Positions 37,850-47,201 are shown, counted from the stretch's first letter. The stretch: 64,000 nucleotides of DNA from Leptospiraceae bacterium (GCA_040217195.1 JAVJNR010000002.1:288001-352000), one strand, 5' to 3'. The notes: generated by a model not told the origin, from the letters alone. A program made the numbers and translations.

Positions 37850-39382
37850 TTAGAGGCCCAGCCGGTATTCCGCGCCAAAGCTTATTCGGGAATGATGGTC
37901 GCGGAGACCTCCAAATTTGAGGTTCTCGTTATATGACTGGATGGTATAGTATGCATCCAGCGGGGCCAGGTTACTGAAATTTTGAGCGATGTTCGGTTCC
38001 GTTACAGTGGCCTTTCCGGTCTGGCCTGCCAGACCTACATAAAGTCTTACTTCCGGAAGCAAATTATAGTAAAGCGTTGATTCCAGAGAAGTGCCTTCAT
38101 AGAATATCTTTGGATCCAGGCGAAAGGTGCGCTCTCCTGTGTAGGCACCCCCTGAATCGAAGAATTGTCCTCTGGACTCAGATACTGCGGATCCCTGGAG
38201 CTGAACAGCACCGCCCCGTAATTTCCACTGAAAGGATTGGCCCATCAGCTGAAAAGAGTAAAGAACCTCCAGGCTACCTCTTACTCCTCGTAGCCACATT
38301 CGATTTGTTGCGCTCTGTAATCCAAAGTAGCTCAATGCAGATGTTTGAAAACCAAAAGCGCTACCGTCATTATTTGAAGAAGTGAATTGTCCTATGTATT
38401 CCGCTACGGGTCTCACTTCCAGAAACTCATTGGAGTATGCTGTGAATCCCAGGCCCACTGCATGTTCCACCCGGTTCAGATCCCGGGCATAATCCAGATC
38501 CATCAGAAAGGAATCTGTGGGCAGACCGGTTAATACATCTGTAGTTGTACCCAGCTCAAATGTGGCCTGGCTATGGGCCGCCTCCAATCTTCTGGAAGAA
38601 AGTTTAACCAAAAATCTGTCATATAGGTATTCTATCTCACCGCCATACGAAGCTCCATCTACATAGCTGGCCGGCGAAGAGGTAATAGATTTCTGGCTCA
38701 ATGGTCCGCGGATCTGATTGAACTCCTCAGAGAATGGAATAAAAACTGGCCTGATACGACCGGCACCCCCTTCCAGGCGAAAGCGAATTTCATGACGATT
38801 CACTTCTTCTCCGATGAGGGTCCTCCATAGATCGCTTTCCCAGAAACTACTATCCTTTCTTTGTTGTTCCCTGCGTTCCCGTTCTTCTCTTGCCAGTTCT
38901 TCTGGAGTCTTCTCCTCCACAGGGTCGGTAGTTTCCTGCTCCCGAGTTTCTTCTGCTTGCTCGGCTTTCTCTTGCTCAATACGATCGAGGATTTCTTGCT
39001 GTCGTTTCTGCTCTTCCTGCTTTCTCTGCTCTTCTTGTTGCTTGCGTCTTTGTTCTTCCAGGCGTTTTCGCTCTGCTTCAGCCTGCCTGCGCTCTTCCTG
39101 TTGTCGTCTTAGTTCCTCTTCGCGTTTTTTATCTTCCTCTGCATCATCGTTTCCATAATTATTATTGTATAGAATTCGAGCGATTTGTCTTTTCGAAATA
39201 ACGCGACGCTTGTTTCCAGATACAATCACTACATTGGCCTGATTTTGCTGGATAATGCGGCCATTGATGGAGCTGCCATCCCGAAGCAGAACTGTATCTG
39301 CGAATAGACCTGCAGGTAGTAGAAAAAGGACCAGGATCCATCCTGTAAGAAGGTTCAGGTTAATGGTAAATATTTTCTTCAT
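37850..39382 (-). CDS. Outer-membrane protein with LA_0442/LA_0875-like N-terminal domain
   Basis: Signal peptide (LFA-D), TVLLRDG-x2-I-x-G-x-I domain, E/R/K/Q-rich helix, amphipathic beta-rich C-terminus. Confidence 0.7.
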   Translation of the reverse strand: MKKIFTINLNLLTGWILVLFLLPAGLFADTVLLRDGSSINGRIIQQNQANVVIVSGNKRRVISKRQIARILYNNNYGNDDAEEDKKREEELRRQQEERRQAEAERKRLEEQRRKQQEEQRKQEEQKRQQEILDRIEQEKAEQAEETREQETTDPVEEKTPEELAREERERREQQRKDSSFWESDLWRTLIGEEVNRHEIRFRLEGGAGRIRPVFIPFSEEFNQIRGPLSQKSITSSPASYVDGASYGGEIEYLYDRFLVKLSSRRLEAAHSQATFELGTTTDVLTGLPTDSFLMDLDYARDLNRVEHAVGLGFTAYSNEFLEVRPVAEYIGQFTSSNNDGSAFGFQTSALSYFGLQSATNRMWLRGVRGSLEVLYSFQLMGQSFQWKLRGGAVQLQGSAVSESRGQFFDSGGAYTGERTFRLDPKIFYEGTSLESTLYYNLLPEVRLYVGLAGQTGKATVTEPNIAQNFSNLAPLDAYYTIQSYNENLKFGGLRDHHSRISFGAEYRLGL

Positions 39383-39397
39383 AACAGGGGAGTGGAG

Positions 39398-40465
39398 TTA
39401 CTGATCTGATAGAGTCTGGGCTTTTGCCAGGCGCTCCAGTACCTCCTTTTCTTTTTGTAGCTTGCTCTTATTGTTTTCCAGAAAGAATGGATCATCGGGG
39501 TTGGCCAGCAAGATATTGATTTGTTCCAGGGCTCGCACATAATCGCGGGATTCTCTGTAGATATCGGCCAGATAGTAGTGGAGCGAAAGATCATAATCCT
39601 TGCGACGGTCCCCGCCCAGAGTTTCTGTGGGAACACTTTCCAGCAGTACCTGAGCTCTCAATCTATCTCCAGAAGCAAGCATCAGTCGGGCCATTCCAAT
39701 CTTCATCTTTGAGTTGTCCGGAAAACTCTTCAGACCCTTTTTTAGATAGATTTCCGCCTGGGGTCTTCGTCCAGTTTCCAGGGAATAGATTCCAAGTGCA
39801 TACAAAGCATCCGGTCGCAATGGAGCTTTTGTATGGGCTTTGCGATAATAATGCATCACACAACGATGGTCCTGGAGCTCTTCGCAAGCCTTCGCAATGT
39901 TCAAATACGGTCCGGGATCATTTGGGATCAGTCCAGATAATCTCTGAAAAAGGCTGATGGATTGCTCAAAATTGCGGAGCAATAGCTGCAATCTGGCCGC
40001 ATTATACAAGAATGGATAGAACTGGGGATCTGATTTCAGTCCGGCTTCGAATCGCTCCAGGGCAAGCTGCCTGTTCTTTCTGTCCGAGATGTCTCTTAGG
40101 AGCTCATCCACTGTTTCATTATTGAAGCGCGCTATGTTGTTTTCTGTATTTCCCTGCCATTCAACGGGAGTAGTCCCTGCTGGTCCCGGTCCCTGGAAAT
40201 CCTTGCCGGTGCACAGAATAAAGTCCTGTTTGGTTCGGATGAAAGTGCCCTCGGGTGTGGACACTCCTGGCATGGGACTGCCATCTTCGGGAATTAATAG
40301 ATCAGGAAATCGCGGTGACTCTGCTTTCAGGCCATTTTGGGTCAGGGCAGCTATTGTGGCTAGAAGCAGCAGTTTGCTAATTCGAGAAATTAGGGAATGT
40401 TTCAGCGTCACTGGTCTGGATGCCGGGATATGGTAGCTAGTCTTAACTTTATTCCTGCAAACCAT
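39398..40465 (-). CDS. Exported tetratricopeptide repeat protein
   Basis: Repeated TPR-like helices (YN-x-A, Y-x-LG, YYLA-x-IY); signal-like segment LLLLATIAAL; start uncertain. Confidence 0.75.
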   Translation of the reverse strand: MVCRNKVKTSYHIPASRPVTLKHSLISRISKLLLLATIAALTQNGLKAESPRFPDLLIPEDGSPMPGVSTPEGTFIRTKQDFILCTGKDFQGPGPAGTTPVEWQGNTENNIARFNNETVDELLRDISDRKNRQLALERFEAGLKSDPQFYPFLYNAARLQLLLRNFEQSISLFQRLSGLIPNDPGPYLNIAKACEELQDHRCVMHYYRKAHTKAPLRPDALYALGIYSLETGRRPQAEIYLKKGLKSFPDNSKMKIGMARLMLASGDRLRAQVLLESVPTETLGGDRRKDYDLSLHYYLADIYRESRDYVRALEQINILLANPDDPFFLENNKSKLQKEKEVLERLAKAQTLSDQ

Positions 40466-40559
40466 ACTACAGTATCGGACGATCTTTCCATACCGTTTGT
40501 TTTCTCTGAGGTCCTTTTTCTGGCCGAAAAGGGGAAAAAACCGGCGGTACCCTGGAGCT

Positions 40560-41870
40560 TCAGGAGGCTCTGCCCAGTGCAGCCACTGCCTGCTGCCCGG
40601 TTTGTATGGCGCCTTCCACCGTAGCTGTTGATAGATAATCGCCGGCGAAGACAATTGGTCCTTTTTGCATGTCCAGAAAATTCGCCGATGTGCGATAGCG
40701 ACCTACGGAGTGCACCGGAATGGCACGTTCTCGCTGTACCAGATGAAAGGGCTGTAGCGGAAGGTTTTCCAGCCGTCGGTCTACTTTTCGAGCCAGGCTG
40801 AGTGCCCGGTCAAAGGTTGTCTTTTTGTTTGTTCTTAACAATTCTTTCGCAATCTCTCCACGGAAATAGATAGTTAGCAGATCTTCTGCAGATCCGGATC
40901 TCTTGTCGCTGTTAACCGTGATCGCCGCCACTGAGTTTTCGCCGGGCCCGCAAGGGATTCTTGTATCGCTGTCAGGCAGTAGGCCGCTCGGTAAGCGAAA
41001 GGAGGTGAGTACATTGGAAGTATACTCCTGGCTTTGCAAAAAATTCCTCTGTTCTGGAGTAACCAGGGTGTCCGGCATTTCGCTTACCAGTTTTTCAGCA
41101 ACGTTTGCTGTAGTTGCAATAAGGACTTCGTCGAAGACATCTTTGCCACCGGGATAGGTGATCCGGAATCTATTCTTTTCCGGATGGATGGAGCTCACCC
41201 CTAGTCCGGTGCGCAACTCCACTTTATTGGCCAGTGTTTGACAAAACACATCCATCCCGGAACGGTACGTATAGAAGACTGCATCTGCGGCTTTGGCCTG
41301 CAAACCGATATAGAGTGCCTGCGAAACCTTCTCGCAGGAAAAATACCAGAAAGGTTCAATGCCAGGCCGCACCAGATACTGATAGGCCTGTTCGCCCAGG
41401 GTTCGGCGTGCATCCTCTGCAATGGACTGTGTATCCAGATCTGCAAGCGCCGCCGGATTGGCCAGATCCATTCTGCGGTACCGCAAAGTCCGACCAATGG
41501 TGCGCCAGATCATTCTTAGCTTGTCTGCTCCGTCAATGAGAGGAAAACGCATAAAGGAAATTGGAGAACCAAGGGCCAGGGGAGCAGAGATATCGCCGGC
41601 AATCAAGACATTCTGGCGAGAGGGGCGAACCACATCGTTTTCAAGAGCGAGTTCTTTATTGTAGGACTTTAGTCGCGGATAAAAGTTAGTAAAGAATCCT
41701 GCTCCGGTGTCCAGGACATGGCCGCCAGAGCGATGGCTTCTAGTGCGCCCACCTACAGATTTTTCCTTCTCAAATAGCACTACCTCGCGGCCCGTTCTGG
41801 CCGCCTCAAAAGCAGCTGTGCAGCCCGCCGGGCCAGCTCCGATTACTGCTATGCGTTTACTCACTGCCAT
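40560..41870 (-). CDS. FAD-dependent oxidoreductase (protoporphyrinogen/amine oxidase-like)
   Basis: VIGAGPAG, E-x5-GGR, D-x-GA, FAGDY-x4-T-x-EGA. Confidence 0.85.
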   Translation of the reverse strand: MAVSKRIAVIGAGPAGCTAAFEAARTGREVVLFEKEKSVGGRTRSHRSGGHVLDTGAGFFTNFYPRLKSYNKELALENDVVRPSRQNVLIAGDISAPLALGSPISFMRFPLIDGADKLRMIWRTIGRTLRYRRMDLANPAALADLDTQSIAEDARRTLGEQAYQYLVRPGIEPFWYFSCEKVSQALYIGLQAKAADAVFYTYRSGMDVFCQTLANKVELRTGLGVSSIHPEKNRFRITYPGGKDVFDEVLIATTANVAEKLVSEMPDTLVTPEQRNFLQSQEYTSNVLTSFRLPSGLLPDSDTRIPCGPGENSVAAITVNSDKRSGSAEDLLTIYFRGEIAKELLRTNKKTTFDRALSLARKVDRRLENLPLQPFHLVQRERAIPVHSVGRYRTSANFLDMQKGPIVFAGDYLSTATVEGAIQTGQQAVAALGRAS

Positions 41871-41888
41871 GGGTTCCGGATAATGCGT

Positions 41889-42125
41889 TTATCGCATATT
41901 TTGAAGTTGTGACTTTAGCCGATCTAGATCGCTGATTAGATCTAACGGCTTCGGGTTAACTTTATCAGCCAGATTCATGCCATCGTCAATAAGATCTATA
42001 ATAAGTTTCTTTTCGGACTTAGCTCTTACTTCAGGCATTCCAGCGATTTCATCTTTGTATTTGGCCGCTTTTTCATCTATCATGGCCACAATCTGGTTGA
42101 GACTTGCAATCTGTTCATCGGGCAT
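41889..42125 (-). CDS. Small helical hypothetical protein
   Basis: 78-aa amphipathic ORF co-oriented 18 nt upstream of the oxidoreductase. Confidence 0.6.
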   Translation of the reverse strand: MPDEQIASLNQIVAMIDEKAAKYKDEIAGMPEVRAKSEKKLIIDLIDDGMNLADKVNPKPLDLISDLDRLKSQLQNMR

Positions 42126-42520
42126 GTAACACTGAGCCTGACTGACGGCCATCAGTCCACAGGAAAACGGGAAGCCTGGAAACAACGGAGGGGAGTTCCG
42201 GCAGCGGAATTGTTACTGTGATTGGGGTCTGGATTTGCTCTGTACCGGGGCTAGCGCAAAGACCCGCGGAGCGGTTTCTGGCTCCTTCCAGATAAAGACT
42301 TAACCGGCAGGCACTGCTTGCTCAGTATGAAGGGTAGATAATCGTATTGCAGAGTCGTAAGAAAGTTACACAAAAGAGTGCGGTACCCGCCAGCTACATT
42401 AGACTTTATCTGTCTAAAATTCCTTACCAGGGCCTATTTTGCATATGCAGGCCCGAAGAATGTGTCCAGCCTGCCTGAGCCGGGTAACCGCAGGGCTCAG
42501 CCCGGACTCAGGAGAGACAA

Positions 42521-42643
42521 ATGGGCGATAAAAATCCAAAATCGAAACGTAAACAGGATACTCAAAAAGAATCCAGAACGGCCGCGAAGGATGCAGTGAA
42601 AGAGGCTGCCATCGCGGCGAAAAAGGTGCCAGTCAAAAAATAA
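42521..42643 (+). CDS. 40-aa basic small protein (MGDKNPKSKRKQ...)
   Basis: Below ORF-track cutoff; SD AGGAG just upstream; K/A-rich; downstream hairpin CGCCTG/CAGGCG at 42651-42673. Confidence 0.7.
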   Translation: MGDKNPKSKRKQDTQKESRTAAKDAVKEAAIAAKKVPVKK

Positions 42644-42756
42644 ACCAATCCGCCTGGGGCGCCCTAACAGGCGCCAACCTTTCTGGCTGTTTGCTGGGCA
42701 AACTTGTATGAATTGGGCTACGGGCAAACCGGCCAGATCAAACAAATGAAAATCGA

Positions 42757-43170
42757 TTATGCATTGCTTGATTCCCTCGTTTGCGATTCTTCCAGTGCTT
42801 TTCGTAGCCTGATTGGAGCCGACATCAAATACGCATCTTGCAGCAACCGCTCCAGCTCTTTCCAGCGAGTCCTGGTATTTAGTTTTACACCCACCCATCC
42901 CTTTGGTCCCATATAAGGCGGAACGAAGTAAGCATTGGGATCCCTTTCAACCAGCTCTGGCTGTACCAGCGGCGCCGCCTTCACCCATACTGCGATATGT
43001 CCGCTTCCATGATGGTTGCAATCCGTCATGGCAAACATGGTTCCTTTGTTTACTCGATAGGTTGCTTCTCCCCATGCCTCCTTCTGATACGTCTCAGGAA
43101 ATAGCAGGCACTTCTCGTGCAGTTTAACAATAAGTGGATGATTCGCCTTAACTTTGCGTGAATGGGTCAT
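42757..43170 (-). CDS. MmcQ/YjbR family protein
   Basis: WG-x2-T-x-RV, FA, YFVPPY-x-G-x-KGWVG, W-x-E-x3-L-x2-DAY. Confidence 0.85.
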   Translation of the reverse strand: MTHSRKVKANHPLIVKLHEKCLLFPETYQKEAWGEATYRVNKGTMFAMTDCNHHGSGHIAVWVKAAPLVQPELVERDPNAYFVPPYMGPKGWVGVKLNTRTRWKELERLLQDAYLMSAPIRLRKALEESQTRESSNA

Positions 43171-43366
43171 CGTACAATTCAGCGTCCGTTCCCGAAAAAA
43201 TGTCAAGTGGTATAACTAACAGAATATGTCGGGCCTCCCCTCCCTCCGATGGATTGAATTTCTGATAGCGCCGAGAGCGGGGAACAGACACAGCCCTGTT
43301 CCAGGTCCATCCTGCGTTCCATGCAGGCGCTAAAGCTGTACTGGTACAGCTCAAGAATATTGGTAG

Positions 43367-44629
43367 TCAGTTTGCAGATTCAATTCGCCTTTTCAAATGT
43401 ACTCTTTCTTGCTCATTTTCCGTGAGCTCCAATGCACGTTGAAACGATTTAATAGCCTCTGATTTTCGCGCAAGCTCCAGAAGGAATTCCGCACGGGTGG
43501 AGTGATAATAGCGATAGTTGTCCAGTTCACGGGCCAGATCTAAATCTTCCAGAGATTCAAGGGCTTCCAGCGGACCAATTGCCTTGCTGATTGCCACGGA
43601 ACGGTTCAGTATTACAACAGCCGTGGGATGAATCGTCTGCAGCTGATCATAAAGCTGCAGGATTTCCATCCAATTGGTTTGCCGGGCATCTGGACTGGTA
43701 GCATGCACTGCTGCGATTCGCGCCTGAAGAGAGTAGGCCCCTGAGTCGGATTCTGGATTGGATCCAAGTACTTTGATAGCTTCTCGGATCTGATCTTTGT
43801 CCCACAAAGAACGATCCTGAAATCCCAGCAAGACCGGGCTTCCATCCTCAGCTACTCGGGCATGCCGTCTGGAATGCTGAAATAATAACAGTGCAAGTAG
43901 CCCTCGAATTTCTGAATTTCCCGGTAGGAGTTGTGCAAGCATGCGGGAAAGAAACAATGCCTCATCGCATAAATTGATTTTAATGAGTTTGGAACCCTTA
44001 TGGGCGGTGTAGCCTGCATTGAATATTAGGTAGATTACTGACAGAACAGAATCTAATCGCTCCGGTGCACTTTCTATATCCGGAATGGAAAATGGGATGC
44101 CTGCCTCTTTGATCTTTCGTTTGGCTCGCACGATTCGCTGGGCAACAGCTGTTTCTTTGAGCAGGAAGCCCGCTGCGATTTCTGCTGTGCTAACTCCGGT
44201 TAGAGTGTGCAATGTCAGGGCTATTTGTGCGGGCTCACTTATGGCCGGGTGGCAACAGGCAAATATGAGACTCAATCGCTCATCAGCGGGTCCCGGGGCC
44301 CCATACATCCCGGATAGTCCGGAATCCGGAGGCGGTGGTTCCATTGCTGCAGACTGAGTTCGTTTACTCTGCCTGGCCTGCTTCCTTAGTTGATCAATGG
44401 CTTTTCGGCGAGCCACTACATAGAGCCAGCCGGCTGCATTTTCAGGCAACCCTTCCTGGGGCCATCTGCCTGCAGCGACTTCCAGAGCCTCCTGAAGTGA
44501 ATCCTCAGCAAGTTCCAGATCCCGAAACTCCTTCGCGAGCGCGGCCGCAATTCGACCGTACGACTCGCGAAAGAGACCGTCAAAGGCGCGTTGGAAATCA
44601 AAACCTACATTTGAGTGTTCAGCCATCAA
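43367..44629 (-). CDS. ECF42-type RNA polymerase sigma factor with C-terminal TPR/DUF6596 extension
   Basis: AED-x2-Q-x-A, WP-x2-G-x-P, L-x-LIF-x-CCHP, QR-x-VRAK, YLIFN-x-GY, QDR-x2-W, QA-x-IAA-x-H. Confidence 0.9.
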   Translation of the reverse strand: MMAEHSNVGFDFQRAFDGLFRESYGRIAAALAKEFRDLELAEDSLQEALEVAAGRWPQEGLPENAAGWLYVVARRKAIDQLRKQARQSKRTQSAAMEPPPPDSGLSGMYGAPGPADERLSLIFACCHPAISEPAQIALTLHTLTGVSTAEIAAGFLLKETAVAQRIVRAKRKIKEAGIPFSIPDIESAPERLDSVLSVIYLIFNAGYTAHKGSKLIKINLCDEALFLSRMLAQLLPGNSEIRGLLALLLFQHSRRHARVAEDGSPVLLGFQDRSLWDKDQIREAIKVLGSNPESDSGAYSLQARIAAVHATSPDARQTNWMEILQLYDQLQTIHPTAVVILNRSVAISKAIGPLEALESLEDLDLARELDNYRYYHSTRAEFLLELARKSEAIKSFQRALELTENEQERVHLKRRIESAN

Positions 44630-44963
44630 ATTTCATGATTGGTCTGATCTCCACGGAACCTCCATGAGGCACATGTGGCATTTTGCTGGCCCAGGCCACT
44701 GCTTCGTCCAGGTCTCTTGCTTCGATCAAATAGAAGCCGCCCAGCTGCTCTTTTGTCTCGGCAAAGGGACCATCCGTTGTCACAATCTTCTTTCCATTCA
44801 TTCTTACGGTGGTGGCCGTTGTAGTGGGCTTCAATGCCTCACCACCTATCATGTTTCCGGACTTCTCAATCTCATCCGTAACGGCGAACCACTTTTCCAT
44901 TTCTTCTTCGCCGTAGCCTTCGGCCCGTTGTTCGTTATCGTAAAGTAGAAGCAGATACTGCAT
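44619..44963 (-). CDS. YciI/DGPF family protein
   Basis: DGPFAETKE-x-LGGFY, G-x-VE-x-RP; SD AAGGAG before 44963. Confidence 0.92.
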   Translation of the reverse strand: MQYLLLLYDNEQRAEGYGEEEMEKWFAVTDEIEKSGNMIGGEALKPTTTATTVRMNGKKIVTTDGPFAETKEQLGGFYLIEARDLDEAVAWASKMPHVPHGGSVEIRPIMKFDG

Positions 44964-44994
44964 TTTCAGTCTCCTTTGATTAATTCTGCAACTA

Positions 44995-45022
44995 GACGAA
45001 TGCCGCTCCACTGATTTCGACA
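44995..45022 (-). promoter_or_regulatory. ECF42-type promoter
   Basis: Minus strand TGTCGA (45022-45017), 18 nt, CGTC (44998-44995), upstream of yciI-ECF42. Confidence 0.7.
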
Positions 45023-45255
45023 TTCCTGAGTAAAAAAATGCCGGGGATTTTTTTGCTGAATCTCCGGTATTCCCCGAGGTTATTCTGGAATCTGCGCAAG
45101 ATTCGAATCAGCTCCAGGAGCAGAAATTCTCCTTCCGGAGTTTGAATGGCTCCCGGCGACTCAGACCCGGACAGGGACTCAGCAGATCCGAATGTAGCTT
45201 GATATCATCTGGCTCTGCTGCAAATAGTGAATCGTATCTTTCTCAGGTCTCAGCC

Positions 45256-46017
45256 ATGGAATATTGCCCATCCAACGACTATAAGCCCATCAGAGACGGC
45301 ATTGAAAAAGAGGCCAGGTCCGTGCGCTATTCAGAGGCACAGCCTCCAGAGGAACTCTCCAATCTAGTTCATTGTTTCTGGGAACTGAGAACAGAGTCCA
45401 AGCTGAAAGAAGATTTCAGTCTCCACGCAGTTCCGGATGCCTGCGTCAATATACTGTTCAACGAACTGGATCCTGAAATTGCAGGTGTGACCGCGCTTCG
45501 AACTACATTCGAAGTTCTAAATCTGGGTAAGGAATTCCACTATGTGGGTATTCAATTCCTGCCCGGCGTATGGCAGGGAAACCGAGAGGAGATATTCGAT
45601 AGTTATGTTGGGACTCCATACCAGGGCCGTTTGCCTTTGCTGGAAACCAACCGGGAACTAGTTCCATTGGAATTTTTGGGTAAACAAACGGTCCTTTCCA
45701 GGCTGGTTCGGCAGCTCACCGATAGCAAACATGTAGTTCCGAACAATGTCACCGAGAGAATTTTGAGAAACCTCAACGAAATTCATGATGTTCGGGATAT
45801 GGCCAAAATCGCAGGGATGTCTTCGCGGCAACTCCAGCGAATACTTAAACGGACTACCGATTTCACTCCCCATGATTTGCTCAAAGTGCTTCGATTGCAG
45901 CAATCCTTCAGACAACACTACCTGGATTTCTATGCCGACCAGGCACACTATATTCATTCCTTTCGCAAGATCACAGGCTATACTCCGGAGAAGTACATCC
46001 GGAAGTTCGATGTCTGA
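45256..46017 (+). CDS. AraC family regulator (DUF6597 + HTH)
   Basis: V-x2-FW, VPD-x-C-x2-I, GI-x-F-x-PG, S-x-RQLQR, Y-x-DQ-x-H-x-I-x2-F-x3-TG-x-TP. Confidence 0.85.
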   Translation: MEYCPSNDYKPIRDGIEKEARSVRYSEAQPPEELSNLVHCFWELRTESKLKEDFSLHAVPDACVNILFNELDPEIAGVTALRTTFEVLNLGKEFHYVGIQFLPGVWQGNREEIFDSYVGTPYQGRLPLLETNRELVPLEFLGKQTVLSRLVRQLTDSKHVVPNNVTERILRNLNEIHDVRDMAKIAGMSSRQLQRILKRTTDFTPHDLLKVLRLQQSFRQHYLDFYADQAHYIHSFRKITGYTPEKYIRKFDV

Positions 46018-46086
46018 CATCTACAATACAGTTTCCTCTACTTCGGTTACAATTGGTGTAGAATTTGAGAGGAAAGGAGCTTTAAA

Positions 46087-46476
46087 ATGGCAAATCTAAA
46101 TACTATTGGATGGTTCGATATCTACGTGGACGATATGAAAAGGGCCGCTGCATTCTATGAATCCGTGCTCGGACAGACTCTGGAGAAAATGGAGGATCCT
46201 ACTGGAAACTCACAGATGATGAGTTTCCCCGGAGGGGAGGAGTCAATGAACCGGTACGGTGCTCTGGGCGCCCTGGTAAAGATGGAAGGTGTTGGTCCAG
46301 GAGTGGGGGGAACAGTCGTATATTTCAACTCAGAGGACTGCACTCGGGAAGAATCTCGTGTTGTGGCGGCAGGGGGCCAGATACTGAGGTCCAGGTTCTC
46401 CATCGGAGAGTTTGGATGGGTAGTATTATGTAAGGACACGGAAGGAAATGTTTTTGGCGTGAACTCTATGAAATAG
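46087..46476 (+). CDS. VOC/glyoxalase family protein
   Basis: WF-x-I-x-V-x-D-x2-RA-x2-FY-x2-V, VYF, AAGG, DTEGN-x-FG; SD AAGGAG. Confidence 0.9.
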   Translation: MANLNTIGWFDIYVDDMKRAAAFYESVLGQTLEKMEDPTGNSQMMSFPGGEESMNRYGALGALVKMEGVGPGVGGTVVYFNSEDCTREESRVVAAGGQILRSRFSIGEFGWVVLCKDTEGNVFGVNSMK

Positions 46477-46544
46477 GCGTTCTAGATCCATGACTTCCGC
46501 GGAATGGAAAGGGGCAGAGGGTACTGACCGTTTCTGATATAGAT

Positions 46545-46578
46545 GATAGCGGCCGTTGCTACCGGCACGGTCGTTATC
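46545..46578. terminator. Hairpin between convergent VOC and LuxR-type genes
   Basis: GATAGCGGCCG pairs with CGGTCGTTATC (includes G-U pairs); no clear U-tract. Confidence 0.4.
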
Positions 46579-46626
46579 GCTTCAGGACCTACTGGTGTGC
46601 CGGGTAGGTAGCGTATAGCCGTACCT

Positions 46627-47145
46627 TTAGGTATCCTCCAGGTTCAGGATGTCCTGTAAGAAGAACGCTGCCAGATCGTGTCGGCCGGTCATGCCAGCTT
46701 TGTCATAAAGCGCCTGGCTCTGGTTTCGTACGGTCTTTTCTTTCTTATCCAATTGTGCAGCGATTTCTTTGAATGCATATCCCTGGATTAATTTTTCCGC
46801 TACCTGGCGTTCCCCGGCGGAGAAGCCCCATCGTTCAAATTGATCCTGCACAGCCTGTCTGTAATCACTCATCAATCCTTCGTTTTTTTCTCGGAATCGT
46901 TCCAGTTCCAGACGCATCTGACTCAACTCCTGAGCGGCGCGGCTGAATTCCTGATCCGCGGAATTGCGTATGGCCAGAATGATAAAAGCCAGACCCAGCA
47001 AGAAGAAGCCTTCCAGGAGGGAATGCATGGTCACCGTCCCTTCTTCATGTAGATGGTGTCCAATATCATATACAGTGAAAAGGAAAAGCATAGCAGCAAT
47101 GACCAATCCAATGCGGCGAAGTGTGATTTGGATGTCAGATTGCAT
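46627..47145 (-). CDS. Two-TM membrane-anchored LuxR-type HTH regulator
   Basis: Two hydrophobic helices around a His-rich loop, coiled linker, then W-x-FS-x2-E-x2-VA...G-x3-KEIA...EKTVR-x-Q-x4-Y-x-K. Confidence 0.82.
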   Translation of the reverse strand: MQSDIQITLRRIGLVIAAMLFLFTVYDIGHHLHEEGTVTMHSLLEGFFLLGLAFIILAIRNSADQEFSRAAQELSQMRLELERFREKNEGLMSDYRQAVQDQFERWGFSAGERQVAEKLIQGYAFKEIAAQLDKKEKTVRNQSQALYDKAGMTGRHDLAAFFLQDILNLEDT

Positions 47146-47201
47146 CCATCGGGACAAATGACCCATTGCGATTTCTCCTCATATAGTATTTAATACTACC
47201 T

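Noticed and set aside
40466..40654. Long overlap between the TPR and oxidoreductase genes
   Set aside because: Artefact of longest-ORF calling; the signal-like segment points to a downstream start.
42240..42300. Possible c-di-GMP-I riboswitch (GCGCAAAG)
   Set aside because: Lacks the upstream GGCAAA and GNRA tetraloop elements.
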